Shown: one piece after another, positions 36,671 through 50,418 of the stretch
Layout of the letters: each line of letters opens with the position of its first letter
Position numbering within the stretch: the first letter of the stretch is position 1
Origin: Lama glama
Taxonomy: Eukaryota
Direction: 5' to 3'
Length of the DNA stretch: 64,000 nt
Assembly (NCBI GenBank): GCA_028534125.1
Contig: CM052816.1
Coordinates: 97,590,001 to 97,654,000 of the forward strand
Notes under the pieces: generated by a model
Database searches by the model: none
What the model was told of the DNA's origin: nothing
What the model saw: only the letters and a program-made list of their open reading frames with translations
Program-made: the position numbers and the translations under genes

Positions 36671-38402
36671 GCCTGCTCGGTTTTGACACTTGGGGTCTTA
36701 GTGATGAGCTGCTGCAGAATTTGCCTTGGAGGTTCAGTGCCAGTTAAGAAATTCACTGGTGTCTTTTCAAGGCATCTAGATTGACATGAATTACGACTCA
36801 AGGGAAGCCACTCCTGGCGAAATGGTTAATATGTGTCATAGAAATTAAAGTAGTAGCTTTTAATGAAATCACCTTGATATTGAAAGAACACGAAGGAGTG
36901 TGTAGAACCAACTTGAACTGAAAATCTTCAAAGGTCACTTCAGACTTCCCAAACCCATCTACCCACATGGTCTCCAGACTCCAGATCATAGAACATTTTT
37001 CAGAAAGAAGGAATATCCTGAGAAAGTAATTTGTATCCGACTCCCCAGGGTGGAGCCCTGGAGCTGGGGTCTTAGTTATCATTCTCTGAGCTCACGTGGT
37101 CACAATTTGCATGAAACTGACATGTTGAATTATTGTTCTGTTACAAAGGTCCAGGGTTGAAAATCCTCAGGAGAACAAGGAATGTCATACTTATAAGACT
37201 CCAGTAGGAAAAGGTGGAAGTTGACCATGGGAGGGATCTGTCAAGAACTGGTCATAGTTCCTACCTAGTATTTTTTCCATAAGGGCTTTTCCCAATTTAT
37301 TGATGTCAAAATGTATTCAACAAGATTATTGTTATCATCCAGCTGGTGCTATGGGAAGTTGAGATGTGAAATACATTTGAAAATGTGTTTGTTAGTAAGA
37401 GGCATGATGTTGAATCTCATTTTCAAGGAACTAGTTCACCCCCATGGGGAGTTGCCATCCCAGCCAGACACGCATCAGTGGAGACTATCCCCCAAACAGT
37501 AGTACATCTTGACATTTCTCCAGGGATCCTCACAAGAATGGAGTTACTTTAAGAAGTCAACCAATAATCATCAGACTATCTGAATCTAAACGCTCACTAT
37601 TTATACTTGAAAGTTACAAATGTGTCTTTGGATATAAAAAAAATAAAAGGTCCTGTTCATCCAGTCATCTCTACATATGTTGTGGATGTCACAATACCAA
37701 AGCCCCCCAAATACATGATACTTTCAGTGATTTTGTGACCTGTGTAACATGGGAGTGATACCCACCTGAATTGTGCATTTCTTGAGTGTTTTTGCTGGGG
37801 GAAGAGTCTTTGCAAACTTGGCCTTGACTGCAGTGAGAGCTTACCAGGGAAGATGCCGTGCAGACACTCAAAACTGGGACAGAGTATTCTCAGGACTTCT
37901 CTGGGTCTCACGCGGAAGGTGGTAGAGAGTTTTTACTCGAGATTTGTGGTGTAGCATGATAATTCTATTTGTTCTCTCATTTAATTGTTAGGAAATAAAA
38001 TTCTAAAGTCTTTCAGTATTTCTCTATAGCAAAAGGAGGGAAGAAAAATTGAAATGCATAGCTTGCGTATCTGGCGTGATCAACACCCCTGGTCTTCCTC
38101 CCACTCAAAATGAAGTCCATTTTGTACATAAGTCACACTCCACCACCTCCTTCACATGACTTCTGCCATTTTTCTATCACAAAGTGGAGTGCTGTTCACC
38201 CCATCAGAGGTTAGAAAATTCACTCCAGAATGTGGAATTCTCCAGCTTGGGGGTTTAGCCAAAGTTCATGGAATCGTATCTAAATTTATGCTTCTAAATT
38301 ATTAAAATGTGTGGGAAAATCCCAATCTCTTATTCTTTATGCTTCATCTTCCTTTATTAGAAACACCAGCTAGTACCACAGCTTATTTTTCAGAACGATG
38401 TT

Positions 38403-38888
38403 AACGGCCATCATTCAGAAGTCCACAAATGACAAATGCTGGAGAGGCTGTGGAGAAAGGGGAACCCTCCTACACTGCTGGTGGGAATGCAGTTTGGTGC
38501 AGTCACTGTGGAAAACAGGATGGATATTCCTCAAAAGACTAGGAATAGACTTACCATATGACCCAGGAATCCCACTCCTGGGCATATATCCAGAAGGAAC
38601 CCTACTTCAGAATGACACCTGCACCCCAATGTTCATAGCAGCACTATTTACAATAACCAAGACATGGAAAAAGCCTAAATGTCCATCAACAGATGACTGG
38701 ATAAAGAAGAGGTGGTATATTTATACAATGGGATACTATTCAGCCATAAAAAGTGACAACATAACACAATTTGCAGCAACATGGATGTTCCTGGAGAATG
38801 TCATTCTAAGTGAAGTAAGCCAGAAAGAGAAACAAAAATACCGTATGAAATAGCTCATATGTGGAATCTAAAAAAAAAAAAAAAAAAA
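38403..38888 (+). mobile_element. Young L1 ORF2 C-terminal fragment ending in poly(A) without the 3' UTR
   Basis: ORF 38398-38853 gives [36 protein letters not shown]...PMFIAALFTI.KTWK.PKCPSTDDWIKK, the Cys-rich end of L1 ORF2p. A run of about 19 A follows GTGGAATCT. Confidence 0.97.
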
Positions 38889-39296
38889 GTAAAACAAGTT
38901 GAAATGTTTTAAGTTTCTATTGTTGTCTCACAGGACAAGGGGCTCCTTAATTACCTCTAAGATGTTTTTCATGACCTACACCATCCTTAAGTTTGTTGGG
39001 ACCTTATTGAGGGTGACTATTGTGACAATATTTTCCCACCAAGTCACAAATATAATTGGAGATTAAGGAAAGGAGGAGACAAAATCACCTGTAACTCCCC
39101 TTTCAGAGACCACCACTATCAGAGGTTTGGGAAAATGTATTTCTAAATTTGCTCTGTGAATATTTGCACATTTCTATATTTTACATGGGGATATACTACA
39201 GATGCGGGTTTGTTACCTACTTTTTTCCCTTGTATTATATACTCATTTTTCATAGAATGTGTCATAGATGGTATTATTTACATACTATGTATATAC

Positions 39297-39303
<7 letters not shown>

Positions 39304-39348
<45 letters not shown>
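39304..39348. repeat. (TA)n microsatellite
   Basis: Perfect TA run. Confidence 0.97.
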
Positions 39349-39351
<3 letters not shown>

Positions 39352-39374
39352 GTACGTATTAGTGCACAAAAATA

Positions 39375-39810
39375 CTGAATACAAATTCATAAACTATAAG
39401 GTTAGTAAAGAGAAGAGTAGAAAGTTGGTGGCCAGAGACTGAAGAGAGGGGGAAATGGGGAAATGCTGGTCGCAGGATGAGGTTAGTTACCCAAGATCAC
39501 TCTGGTCTAGAAGGCTAGCCTGCAGCACAGGGTTCACAGCTAACAGTTAGCTAGTCTAACTGGTCTAGGACGGTAGATCTTATGTTAAGTTTTCTTACTT
39601 CATGCGCGCACGCACACACACATGCACAAATGATAATAATAATGCAGGTGGTGGAAACTTTGGGAGGTGATGGATCGTTTATGGTCTTGATAGGTGTGGT
39701 TTCACGGGTGAGTACTTATCCCCAAACTCATCAAACTGTGAACATTAAATGTATACAACTTTTTATACATCAATCAAACTTCAATAAAACAGTTAAATTT
39801 TTTAAGGAAA
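39375..39810 (+). mobile_element. Older L1 3' UTR fragment (L1MA-like)
   Basis: GTGG..GCCAGAGACTG, GGTAGATCTTATGTTAAGT.TTCTTAC, GAAACTTTGGGAGGTGATGGAT, CAAACTCATCAAA.TGT..ACATTAAA, CAATAAAA. Confidence 0.8.
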
Positions 39811-40020
39811 AAAACGAAATTTCCAACAACAAACTAGTAAGCAAACATCAGCAAATCAAGGTTAGAAGTTACATAACAACCCCTGTAGGAGAGCTTCCTG
39901 CACACAGATGACTCCCCTTAATGATAAGACACAGAAAAATTACAAATCCTCCGGGAAGTCCTTTATGCTTCGACTTTGCTGTTGTTCTTATGTTGGTAAA
40001 TGCTTTCCAGCTGTGCTCTT

Positions 40021-40420
40021 TGTGACAGGCAGAACAGTGGGCCTCAGAAACGTTAATGCTCTCATCCTCAAGCCTGTGAGTACGTTACCTTACCTGGCAA
40101 AGAGGACTCTATAGATGTGGTTAAGACTGGGGACCTTGAGAGGAAGGACTATCCCTGATTATGTGGGGGGATCCCGGATGACTGCATGAGTCTTCCAAAG
40201 TGGAGCCTCTTCCCCTGTTGAGGTTAGAAAGAGATGTACTGGCTGAAGAGAGGTCAGAGAGATGCAACATAAAGTGGACTTGACCTGTCGTTTCTGGCTT
40301 AGAGGATGGAGGAAGGAGCCAAAAAGCCAGAGAATGCAGGTGGCCTTTATATGCTGGAAAAGGCCCACAGATTCTCGCCTAGAGAAAGTGCTCAGAAAGG
40401 AACGCAGCCCTAAACACACC
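40021..40420 (+). mobile_element. MaLR LTR (MLT1D-like)
   Basis: TGTG..AGGCAGAA...CCTGTGA.TA.GTTACCTTAC.TGGCAAA..GGACT.T..AGATGTG.TTAAG and AGCCAGAGAATGCAGGTGGCCT. Confidence 0.85.
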
Positions 40421-41630
40421 GATCTATAAAACAAAAACAATAACCAGCTGAGAGCACTTTGTTATCAAGTTTTTGTGTCGAGAGTTTCTCAGTATTTTAA
40501 GGACATGTCTACTAACATGTGTTCTTTTTGTTAAATAAACTTTAGCTGAGTTTTAAAATGTGAATTTATCATTTTTAATCCTATAGCTTTGGGCCCCCTT
40601 TGCTCTGAAGTTCAGAAGCACAAGATCTTTACAAATCAGAAAAATATTTAGTTGTCTCTCTCCTTCTTGGCTGTTAGTTCTAGAAGCAACTGAGCTTTTG
40701 ATTTCCACCACCACCAACATCCACCTGGAGGTGACAACACTCTAGGAACAGCGTGGCAGACAGTGGAGCAAAGGAGACAGGAGGCAGCACATTGCGTCTT
40801 AGGAACTTAGTCCCCGCAGTACAGACGGGCACAAGAACAGAAAGAATCCTGGTGGCAAGGGATGCTGAAGACTCTAATGGGCTTTATCTGCTTAGTCTTT
40901 GGAGTGTAAGAGAGTTGGACAGTAATCAGGGGGAAAATAGAACTTATGAAAAAAAATACTGCCCCAAAATAGGACTTTTGGAAAAGAAAGACTGCAAAAA
41001 AATAGAACATATAAAAATAAACACTGCGAGAAGGAATGAAATAGGAACATCATTATGAAAATTTAGAAAAAGAGCATGTCTCTGAAAAAAACTAACACCA
41101 TGAAGAGTGGATGGCTTAGAAACGTGAGGGGTGCAGTCACTAATATCCAAACTGATCTGTCCTCTGTCAAAAGGAGCAGAAAGGTTTTAGGAGCAAATAG
41201 GCTGAGATGAAAAGGCAGCTGGACATCTGTCGATGGACATTCACACAACACTGTAAACTGACTATACTTCAATAAACGCACACACAAGCAGCCAGAGGGC
41301 TGACAAAGTAAGGGCTGCAGGTAGGTTGAAACCCAGGCGCACTGAGGATGGACAGGGGAGGCAGCACGAAGCGAAGTTTGCCGCAGAATGTTCGGTCAGT
41401 GAGAGAGGAATCGTAGCCTATGCGACTAGGAACGGGAAAAGGAAATCTATGTAACGATGGAGCAAGTGGCAGAGACGGAAGACGTGGAAGGCTTATCCAA
41501 GTTGAGAATTACAAATTGTTTTGAGAATTATAAATTGTTCTGATAGAAGACACCAGAACAGTTACAACAGAAACCAGGAGCACAGACGCAATTTGAAAAT
41601 ATTTCACTCGGTTGAATAAGTATGTTTTTA

Positions 41631-43486
41631 ATTGAATATAGGTTAATTTACAACGTGCTAGTTTCTGATGTCGAGTACAGTGATTCAGTTATACATGTAT
41701 GTGTATGTATGTATGTGTGTATATATATTCTTTTTCATCACAAGGTATTGAATATAGTTCCCTGGGCTCTACAGTAGGACCTTGTTCTTTATCTGTCCCG
41801 AATATGGTAGTTTCTGTCTGCTAATCTCAAACTCCTAATTTACCCCCACGTTTTCCCCTTTGGTAGCCATACATTTGTTTTCTATGTTTGTGAGTCTGTT
41901 TCTGTTGTGTAAATAAGTTCATTTGTATCATTTTTCTAGATTCCACATATAAGTGATACTATATGATATTTGTCTGTTTCTGTCTGACTTACTTCACTTC
42001 GTATGATAATCTTTAGGTCCATCCATGTTGCTGCCAATGGCATTACTTCATTCTTTTTTATACCTGAGTAGTTTTCCATTATATATGTTTTACCACAAGT
42101 TCTTTATTCAGTCACCTGTTGATGGACTTTTAAGCTGCTTCCATATCTTGGCTATTGTAAACAGCGCTACTATGAACATTGAGGTGTATGTGTCTTTTGG
42201 AATTAGAGTTTTCTCTGGGTACGTACCCAGGAATGGGGTTGCTGGGTCATATGGTAACTCTAGTTTTGTTTTTTTTTTTCTAAAGGACTCTTCATACTGT
42301 TTTCCATATTGGCTGCACCAAATTGCATTCTCATCTACAGTACAGGAGGATTCCCTTTTTCACACCCTTTCCAGCATTTATCATTTGTGGACTTTTAAAC
42401 AATGGCCATTCTGACTGGTGTGAAGCGATACCTCACTGTAGTTTTGATTTGCATTTCTCTGATAATTAGCAACACTGAGAATCTTTTCACGTGCCTGTTG
42501 GTCATTTGTATGTCTTCACTGGAGAAATGTTTGTTTAGGTCTTATGCCCATTTTTATTGGATTGTTCGGCTTTTTGTCATTGAGCTGTATGAGCTGCTTG
42601 TATATTCTGGAGGTTTAACCCTTGTCAGTGGCGTTATTTGCAGGCACTTCCTCCCGCTCCATAGGTTGTCATTTTGGTTTGCTTGTGCTTTCTTTTGCTC
42701 TGGAAAAGCTTGTAAGTTTAATTAGGTCCCATTTGCTTATTTTTGCTTTTATTTCTATTGCTAGAGAAGACTGCCCTAGGAGAACATTGTTAAGATTTAT
42801 GTCAGAGAATGTTTTGCCTGTCTTCTTCTAAGAGGTTTATAGTGTCTTGTCTTATATTTAGGTCTCTAAGCCATTTTGAGTTTATTTGTGCGTGTGGAGT
42901 GTCCTAGCTTCATTCATGTACCTGCTGCTGTCCAGGCCTCCTAACACCACTTGCTGAAGGGACTGTCTTACTCCATCGTATATTCTTGCCTCCTTTGTCG
43001 AAGATTAATTGATCATAAATCTGTGGGTTTACTTCTGGGCTCTCTGTTCTGTTCCATTGGTCCATATGTCTGTTTTTGTGCTGGCTCCATGCTGTTTTGA
43101 TGACTGTAGCTCTGTAGTATTGTCCAAAGTCTGGGAGGGTTATGCCTCCAGCTTCATTCTTTTTTTTTTTTTTTTCTCAGTATTGCTTTGGCAATTCTGG
43201 GTCTTTTGTGCTTCCATGTAAATTTTAGGATAATTTATTCTAGTTCTGTGAAAAACATCCTGGGTAGTTTGATAGGGATTGCATTAAATCTGTAGATTGC
43301 TTTGGGTAGTATGGCCATTTTAACAAGATTAATTCTTGTAATCCAAGAGCATGGGATGTCTTTCTATTTCCTTAAATCATCTCTAAAAGCTTTTATCAAC
43401 GTTTCATAATTCTCAGCATGTAAGTCTTTCATCTCCTTTGTCAGGTTTATTCCTAAGTAGTTTATCTCTTTTTTTTTTTTGATGCA
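41631..43486 (-). mobile_element. 5'-truncated LINE-1 (about 1.85 kb) with TSD
   Basis: Continuous L1 3' UTR and ORF2 on the minus strand. TSD TGAATAAGTATGTTTTTA (41613-41630) and TGAATAAGTGTGGTTTTA (43487-43504). Confidence 0.97.
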
Positions 43487-43927
43487 TGAATAAGTGTGGT
43501 TTTATAGAGACTGGAAGGACTTACCGTCTGACACAAACCTCTCCTTCATGGCTCCTTTCATCAGCAAGCTGTGCTTCACTGTGTGTGACTCTTCCTTACA
43601 GTCAGTATATTGATTACAACGTCTAAAATTGTTAACTGCGTGGGAAAAACTAAAGTTCGATACCACTTACCACTGGGTTTTCTACTGTTAAGAGCTTCCA
43701 AGTGATTTTTGGTATATTTTTCTACACTTTCCTAATTTTCTACAGTGGCATATATTATTCATAGTCAGAAAAACTGGTATGATGATAGTCTGGAAATACC
43801 ATGCATTTATGTTTAAAAGTATGTACAGAAAAAGTCTGACTTTCTTTACTATTTCTCCCTTCAAATTTTCTGCATTTATTAAATTTCCATAAATTTTCTA
43901 TAATAATCATGTATAATTTTTATAAAG

Positions 43928-44427
43928 NNNNNNNNNNNNNNNNNNNNNNNNNNNNNNNNNNNNNNNNNNNNNNNNNNNNNNNNNNNNNNNNNNNNNNNNN
44001 NNNNNNNNNNNNNNNNNNNNNNNNNNNNNNNNNNNNNNNNNNNNNNNNNNNNNNNNNNNNNNNNNNNNNNNNNNNNNNNNNNNNNNNNNNNNNNNNNNNN
44101 NNNNNNNNNNNNNNNNNNNNNNNNNNNNNNNNNNNNNNNNNNNNNNNNNNNNNNNNNNNNNNNNNNNNNNNNNNNNNNNNNNNNNNNNNNNNNNNNNNNN
44201 NNNNNNNNNNNNNNNNNNNNNNNNNNNNNNNNNNNNNNNNNNNNNNNNNNNNNNNNNNNNNNNNNNNNNNNNNNNNNNNNNNNNNNNNNNNNNNNNNNNN
44301 NNNNNNNNNNNNNNNNNNNNNNNNNNNNNNNNNNNNNNNNNNNNNNNNNNNNNNNNNNNNNNNNNNNNNNNNNNNNNNNNNNNNNNNNNNNNNNNNNNNN
44401 NNNNNNNNNNNNNNNNNNNNNNNNNNN
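43928..44427. other. Assembly gap (500 N)
   Basis: Run of N. Confidence 1.
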
Positions 44428-47400
44428 GAAGTTCAGTGATACTTTTCTGACAATGACGAAACAGAAAATCCAAAGGGAAAACGTTCAGAAGCCTTTAGAA
44501 ATATGCACATTAATTTTTGAAGCATATTAATAGCATAGTCTTGAAGAAAGTGAACGCACTGGGACATTCACATTTCTGTATTTTTTCTGCCATGTTTCAG
44601 AAGGGAACTTTATTCATTGGAAGAATAGCCTGGAGGAGAGGAGAGTGTGGCTCTGAAAGGTGCCCTCACTGGCCTCAAGTTCTTAGGTTCATTTAGGTTT
44701 CAGGTGGGCCAATGGATTTTCAAGATTAATTACAAAATCCAACCCATGGCCCTGCATAGAGCCAATCTCTGGTGGATCGTATAGCTCTTGACTGTCATCC
44801 TTTAAGTGTGGATTGTGGAGAAAATACTTCCCATGGTCCTTTGCTCTTCCCATACCTACCAGGCACCATTCATTCATTCACTCATTCACTCATTCATTTC
44901 ATCCGTTTAACCAGTAAATTCTTACTGAGTACCCACTGGGCCCCTGCAGTACTCTGGACAGAAATGTTTTGCGAGCAAAACAGTTTTCATCCCCATGGCG
45001 CCCAAACCTTTTCTGTTTTTGTTCCGTTCCAAGCCTTTTGGTTACTGCAAAGTGTCACTAGCACCAATGATAATAATAATACAACCTTTTGTTTTGTTCT
45101 CTTTCTAGTTGCCTTTAGCTTTAGAGACATCAGTGGAAGCCAGACTCATACTTGACATTATCATCACAACTTTCAACTACCTGTTTTACTCTTCAGTGGG
45201 TTTGTGTCTTAAAGCCAAAGCACTAAAATTTAGTCACAACAATACTCAGTCCTTAAAATTAGCTCACATAAATAACCATCACATGGCAGCGCTAGTTAAT
45301 ATGTAAATACCCTTTTTGAAAAAAGGTGTTTTTTTTTTCTATTATTGTAGTATTTTTTTTTCTTATAGACTTGGGAAGAATCATCTAACACAAGCTGACA
45401 ATTGCATAACATTTACAATGCAGTATATTTCCTGCAAAGATGTTCTCTTTTGACAAAGATTGGGTTTTGGTGCAGATTCTGTGATGTCTCCTTGAAGACA
45501 GAATAGCCACGGCAAATGGGTGACAGAGCAGGAAAAGGTGGCATCTCCTGAATTATGCTGTTATTTTGCATTTAAATGTATTTAAATGAAGTGCTTGACT
45601 CTCCTTCAAAGCATGTATTTCTTCTGTTGACTTTTATTAGCAGTAAAATGGATCCCAGAGGCCAGAGAGCTGAAGGTTGATCACGCCTTCTGGGAGCCTC
45701 ATTTGCTTTTGCACGTCTCACTCTGACCCTGTCAAATATGAGTCTCAGCAGGACGGCTGAGCCTGTCAGTAGCAGCTCGACAGCTTGATGGCTGTCCCGT
45801 CACATGTTGTCCGGGGATGGTGGAATCATAGAAAGTGGCAGAATCACCAAGGAAGAGCAAATTCATCAGCCTGACATCTATGATTATTCCAGATGTGAGC
45901 AATGCACCGCATATGGCAATATACGCTCAGTGACAGTGGCCCTGGTGGCTCAGGGATGGCAGCGCGGGAAAGGTCTGCCGAGCTCCCACTATCAACAGCG
46001 GTAAATGTAAGAGCACTGCCCCTGGGGCTTTTTCCTGGCTAATTCATAGTACAAACTTATTGAATTGGATTTTTTTTTTCTGCAGTCACTCTACTAACCT
46101 TCACTCTGCTTTTGCTTAATGGAAACCAACCTTCAAAATGACCTGGACTGAAACTAATCAGGGAGGGAAAGCTGCAGAGAGAAGTCACTACCCAAGGTCT
46201 TTCAAAGGTAAATAGAACTTTGTATTTCAACTAAAATGTGGTTCTCTGCTTCTCTCCATCAGCCCTGATAGAATATTTCCAGAAATATGCAGCATTATTT
46301 TGCTAGAAATAAGTATAAGATTAAAAAAAAAGCATAATGCGATGCAACGGGAGCTCACACGCTCACTGCTCGTGGAAATGCAAGTTGACGTAATGGTTCT
46401 ACAAAGTAATTTGGTCTTTTGAGGCAAGAAGTCTTTAAACAGATTTCAGAGCCTTTGATCCTAAAATTTTATTTTCAAGAAGACATTATAGCTACAGTTC
46501 CTTTTCTCTTTTTCTTTACATATTGTGAGTTTTATTGCCTTGGGGCTCTTCTCCCCCTCTCTCCTGGGGAGAAATAATGGAATGCCGGCGCACGTCCTGG
46601 AAAATCAAGTGTCTCCCTCGCTGCTGGAGAAACAGATCTCAGCAGCAGAAGAGGGCAAAAATGTTCCTTTTTCCTCTAGCGAGAGAACAGCCAACACTGC
46701 TTTCCAATTATATTAACACAAGTTTGGGGTTTTATAAAGTAGGAAAATCAAGACCACCGAGCGAATTCTCAGTTTTTGTTCTCTTGTCCGGCGCGAAGGC
46801 TTGTGCTAAAAGATGTAACTCTGGTTATTTCTACTGTGAAAACTGCCCTCAAGAGTGTTTTGTGAAACACGGACACAAAAACTTCAGAAATTGTCACTAC
46901 ATCCTGTGAAATGTGACCTATAACCCCGAACCCCGAAGCCTGCAGCCCTGTTTGTCTTCCTTAAAAATACGTCCCAATAACGCATTAGTTGGCATTCTTT
47001 TATCTGAAAGGACCAGGTTCTCGTGAGTTTTCTCTGCTGAGCTGCAAACGAGGCTCACTGGCACTTCATCCCTTTCCCACAAGGCCGGCGGTAAAATCAG
47101 CCCACAACTCTGCTGGATTCTATAATTAAATTGAGAGTTTCAGAGTCCTTTTAAAATTTATATTAAATCATCCTCAGAGAATGATTAGAAAAGTTGGTGG
47201 AAAGGTATGTGTCTCAGAATGCTCATTGAGTGTTACAGATCATAGCTAAGAAAATCAGCACGTCCTTGATGGCCACGGGGGAACAGCGGGGCCATCGGGG
47301 CCGTCAGTCGTGTCCGTGCACAGACCAGGCAACTGTGTCAAGTTTCCCAGATCATGGGAAATGTGTTCTGTGTCAAAGAAGAAATAAAACAGAACTCTGA

Positions 47401-47522
47401 ACTCTAAACACAGGTCCAAAGGATTAAAAAAAAAAATCTACATACACATTGTGGTTGGCCCTGAGTGGCAGAATTATGAGTGATTTGGATTTTTTTTCTT
47501 ATTATTCCTCTGAATTTTTCAC

Positions 47523-47925
47523 TTTTTTTTATTGAGGCAACATTGGTTTATAACACTTCATGTTTCATGTGTACAACATTCATTATATTTCTAGTTCTGT
47601 ATACACAACAGTGTACTCACCACCAAAACATCCCATTTCTATCCATCACCATATGGTTGACCCCCTTTTACCCATTTCACCCTCTCCTGCTCCTTCCCCT
47701 CCCGTTACCACTGCTCTGTTCTCTGTATCTAAGCGTTTGTTTTTCTTTGGTTGGTTTGTTCATTTATTTTTCATTTGTTTCTTTCTTATTCCACAGATGA
47801 CTGAAATCATACAATGTTTGTCTTTCTTCCTTTGATTTATTTCACCAAGCATAATACCTTCAAGGTCCATCCATGTGGCTGCAAATGGCATTGTTTTATT
47901 CCTTTTTATGGCTGAGTAGTATTCC

Positions 47926-47972
<47 letters not shown>

Positions 47973-48084
47973 ATATACACACATATATATACATCTTTTT
48001 TATCCATTCATCCTGATGGGAACTAAGGTTGTTTCCATACCTTGGCAATTGTACATAATGCCATGATGAACACTGGGGTGCAGG
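47523..48084 (-). mobile_element. 5'-truncated L1 with internal (TG)n and TSD
   Basis: Minus [43 protein letters not shown](A/T)CTTTTT at 47511 and 48085. (TG)n at about 47928-47970. Confidence 0.93.
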
Positions 48085-48986
48085 TGAATTTTTCTCTTTT
48101 TCTATAGTGAATGTGATATTTTTATAATTAGAAGAAGTTATCCCAAAATATTTACAAGCATCCCAATGCATCTGTATAGTGTACCAAAACCCCACTTGGT
48201 TTTAACTCTATTTCTGTATTTTTTAAAATGTCAAAGTCCAGATGGAAAATTGATTTATTTGTATTGACACTGTGATTTCTGTCTTTCTCTCTAATACTCT
48301 GCCTTACTCTGCAGTGAACCATTAATGATAAACTGGATTTTTATCTGTCAACTTTTTTTTTCTTGACAATATTTGAAAAATCTACACTGCTTAAAGATAA
48401 ATGTTGTTTTTCAAAATGCCTTAATTCCTTCATTGTTGAAATAATCAGATAATGAATGTATTTAATGAAGACTGAAAAACTATGTAGAATTTACAGACCA
48501 AATTGTGGACCCAGTGAAATCTAAATGTGTAAGTCAGTTTTTGAGAGAATCGAGCAAATCACTGAAGCCACACCTAATTTCTGGAGCCATGTATTAGCGC
48601 CACCCAGAACTCTGCGCAGTGCGCCCGCCAAAACAGAGCTTCTTTGGCAAGAGATGACACCGTCCGCATGTGGGGTCATGGCATTGCACTGGGAATCCAT
48701 TTACTTGTTTCTGTTAACTACTGTCCTTTCCCTTACTTTCCATTCTGGTGCAGTTGGCATTTCCCCAGAGATGAGGTTTAATTCCCAAAGCAATAACCTC
48801 ATGGGCCTCTCTCGGTGTTCTGCCCACGAGCCTCAGAGCAGGTGATTCCAGGCTTCTCTGGAAGGAGTCCCCACGCTCACCGGCCGCGTTGTGACGCATG
48901 GGTTTTCTTGCTGACCGTCCTGGAAGAATGTTTCATAACCACCTCCAGGTGCACATTAAGGCAGCCCTTTCCTCAGAGATGCCCAG

Positions 48987-49290
48987 GTTTGTTTTTTTTC
49001 ATTGAAGTGTAGTTGATTTACAATGTTTCAGGTGTACAGCAAAGTGATTCAGTGATTATATATATTCTTTTTCAGATTCTTTTCCATTATAAGTTATTAG
49101 GAGATACTGAATATAGTTCCCTGTGCTATACAGTAGGTCCTTGTTGTTTATCTATTTTATACAGGGTACTGTGTATCTGTTAATCCCAAATTCCTAATTG
49201 ATCCCTTCCTCCTCTTTCCCCTTTGGTAATTCTAAGTTTGTTTTCTATGTCTGTGAGTCTATTTCTGTTTTGTAAATAAATTCATTTGAA
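48987..49290 (-). mobile_element. Short L1 3' end with TSD
   Basis: L1 3' UTR matching other copies in the window. TSD AGAGATGCCCAG at 48975-48986 and 49291-49302. Confidence 0.93.
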
Positions 49291-50418
49291 AGAGATGCCC
49301 AGTTTTAATGCCACCAACACTGAAGGGTGCACCTTCCGGAGCACCTTTTCTAGACTTGTCCCTGACAGGAGGGTGAGAGTGGAGGGTCCCAGAAGCAGCA
49401 GGAATTGAGCAAGAAAGGGCACATGTGGGCAGCAAGTCATGAAAAACTGAGGCAGGAAACAGAGGGGAGTCATCCCCCCTGACTTGGGACCAGTGCTGCT
49501 GGACCTCAGCCTGGAGTCCTTTCCCTTAAATAGCAAAAAACATTTGCAAAACTGAGACCATCATTCTGAGTAAAACTCATATTCTCATTTGCAAATGGTT
49601 GTAAATGACACAAAGCAGAACGCAGAGTTTTAGCAGTTTAGCATTCCTTGCAGGTTGTAAAAGGAACATCGAGGCAGAAATACTGTAGCAATAGTTTCAC
49701 AAATGTATACACACTAAATATGAAGGATTTTACAGGCAACAGTGTTGACACTGCTAGGAGACCAACTCTTTTAAAAAATAGGATTCTGTGGGGAAGTTAA
49801 CCCGGCTGAGGGCAATAAAAGAATGTATTATTTTAGCTCAGAAACCAAGAGACAATAAAAGTGCCTATTGATTTTTTTTCCCTACAGTTTTCACAATTTA
49901 AGGATCCATTTCCTTTCATATCACCAATTCGCTAGAAATTAATGGTGAGAACGAGAGTGACTGAGCAAGCGTGTTGCTGGTGGAGTTGCATCCTCCTGGA
50001 CACTGTGGTGTGCCCGCCCGTCACACGCTCAGGCACACGCTGAGTCAGCCAGAGTTCACGATGACACGGCTGTGTCCAGGTGGGCCACCAGAATGGGCAC
50101 GGACCCAGAAGGAGGTCATCAGACATCCACAGAGGAAGAAGCAGCTGTAGGTTTTGTGCAAATACAAAGAAAGAAAAGTAAGCAGAGCACAAGAAGCTGC
50201 TATGGGAAGCTTCACGTAAAGGCCGAATGTCTGGAATCGCATTGTAACCACCTCTCTGGAAGTTTTCTTGAACTCTAACCCACGGAATGGAGGGAAATAT
50301 ACAGAAGAGGATCATCCAGAAACACAACTGGGTCATGAGAGAGGGGGTCCAGGCAGACAGCGGGCGCTGCAGGCGAGGGGTTCACGGGTGCTCATAAGAA
50401 GTGGAACTAGAGGCCACC

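Noticed and set aside
38398..38853. 151-aa ORF as a host gene
   Set aside because: It is the C-terminus of LINE-1 ORF2p.
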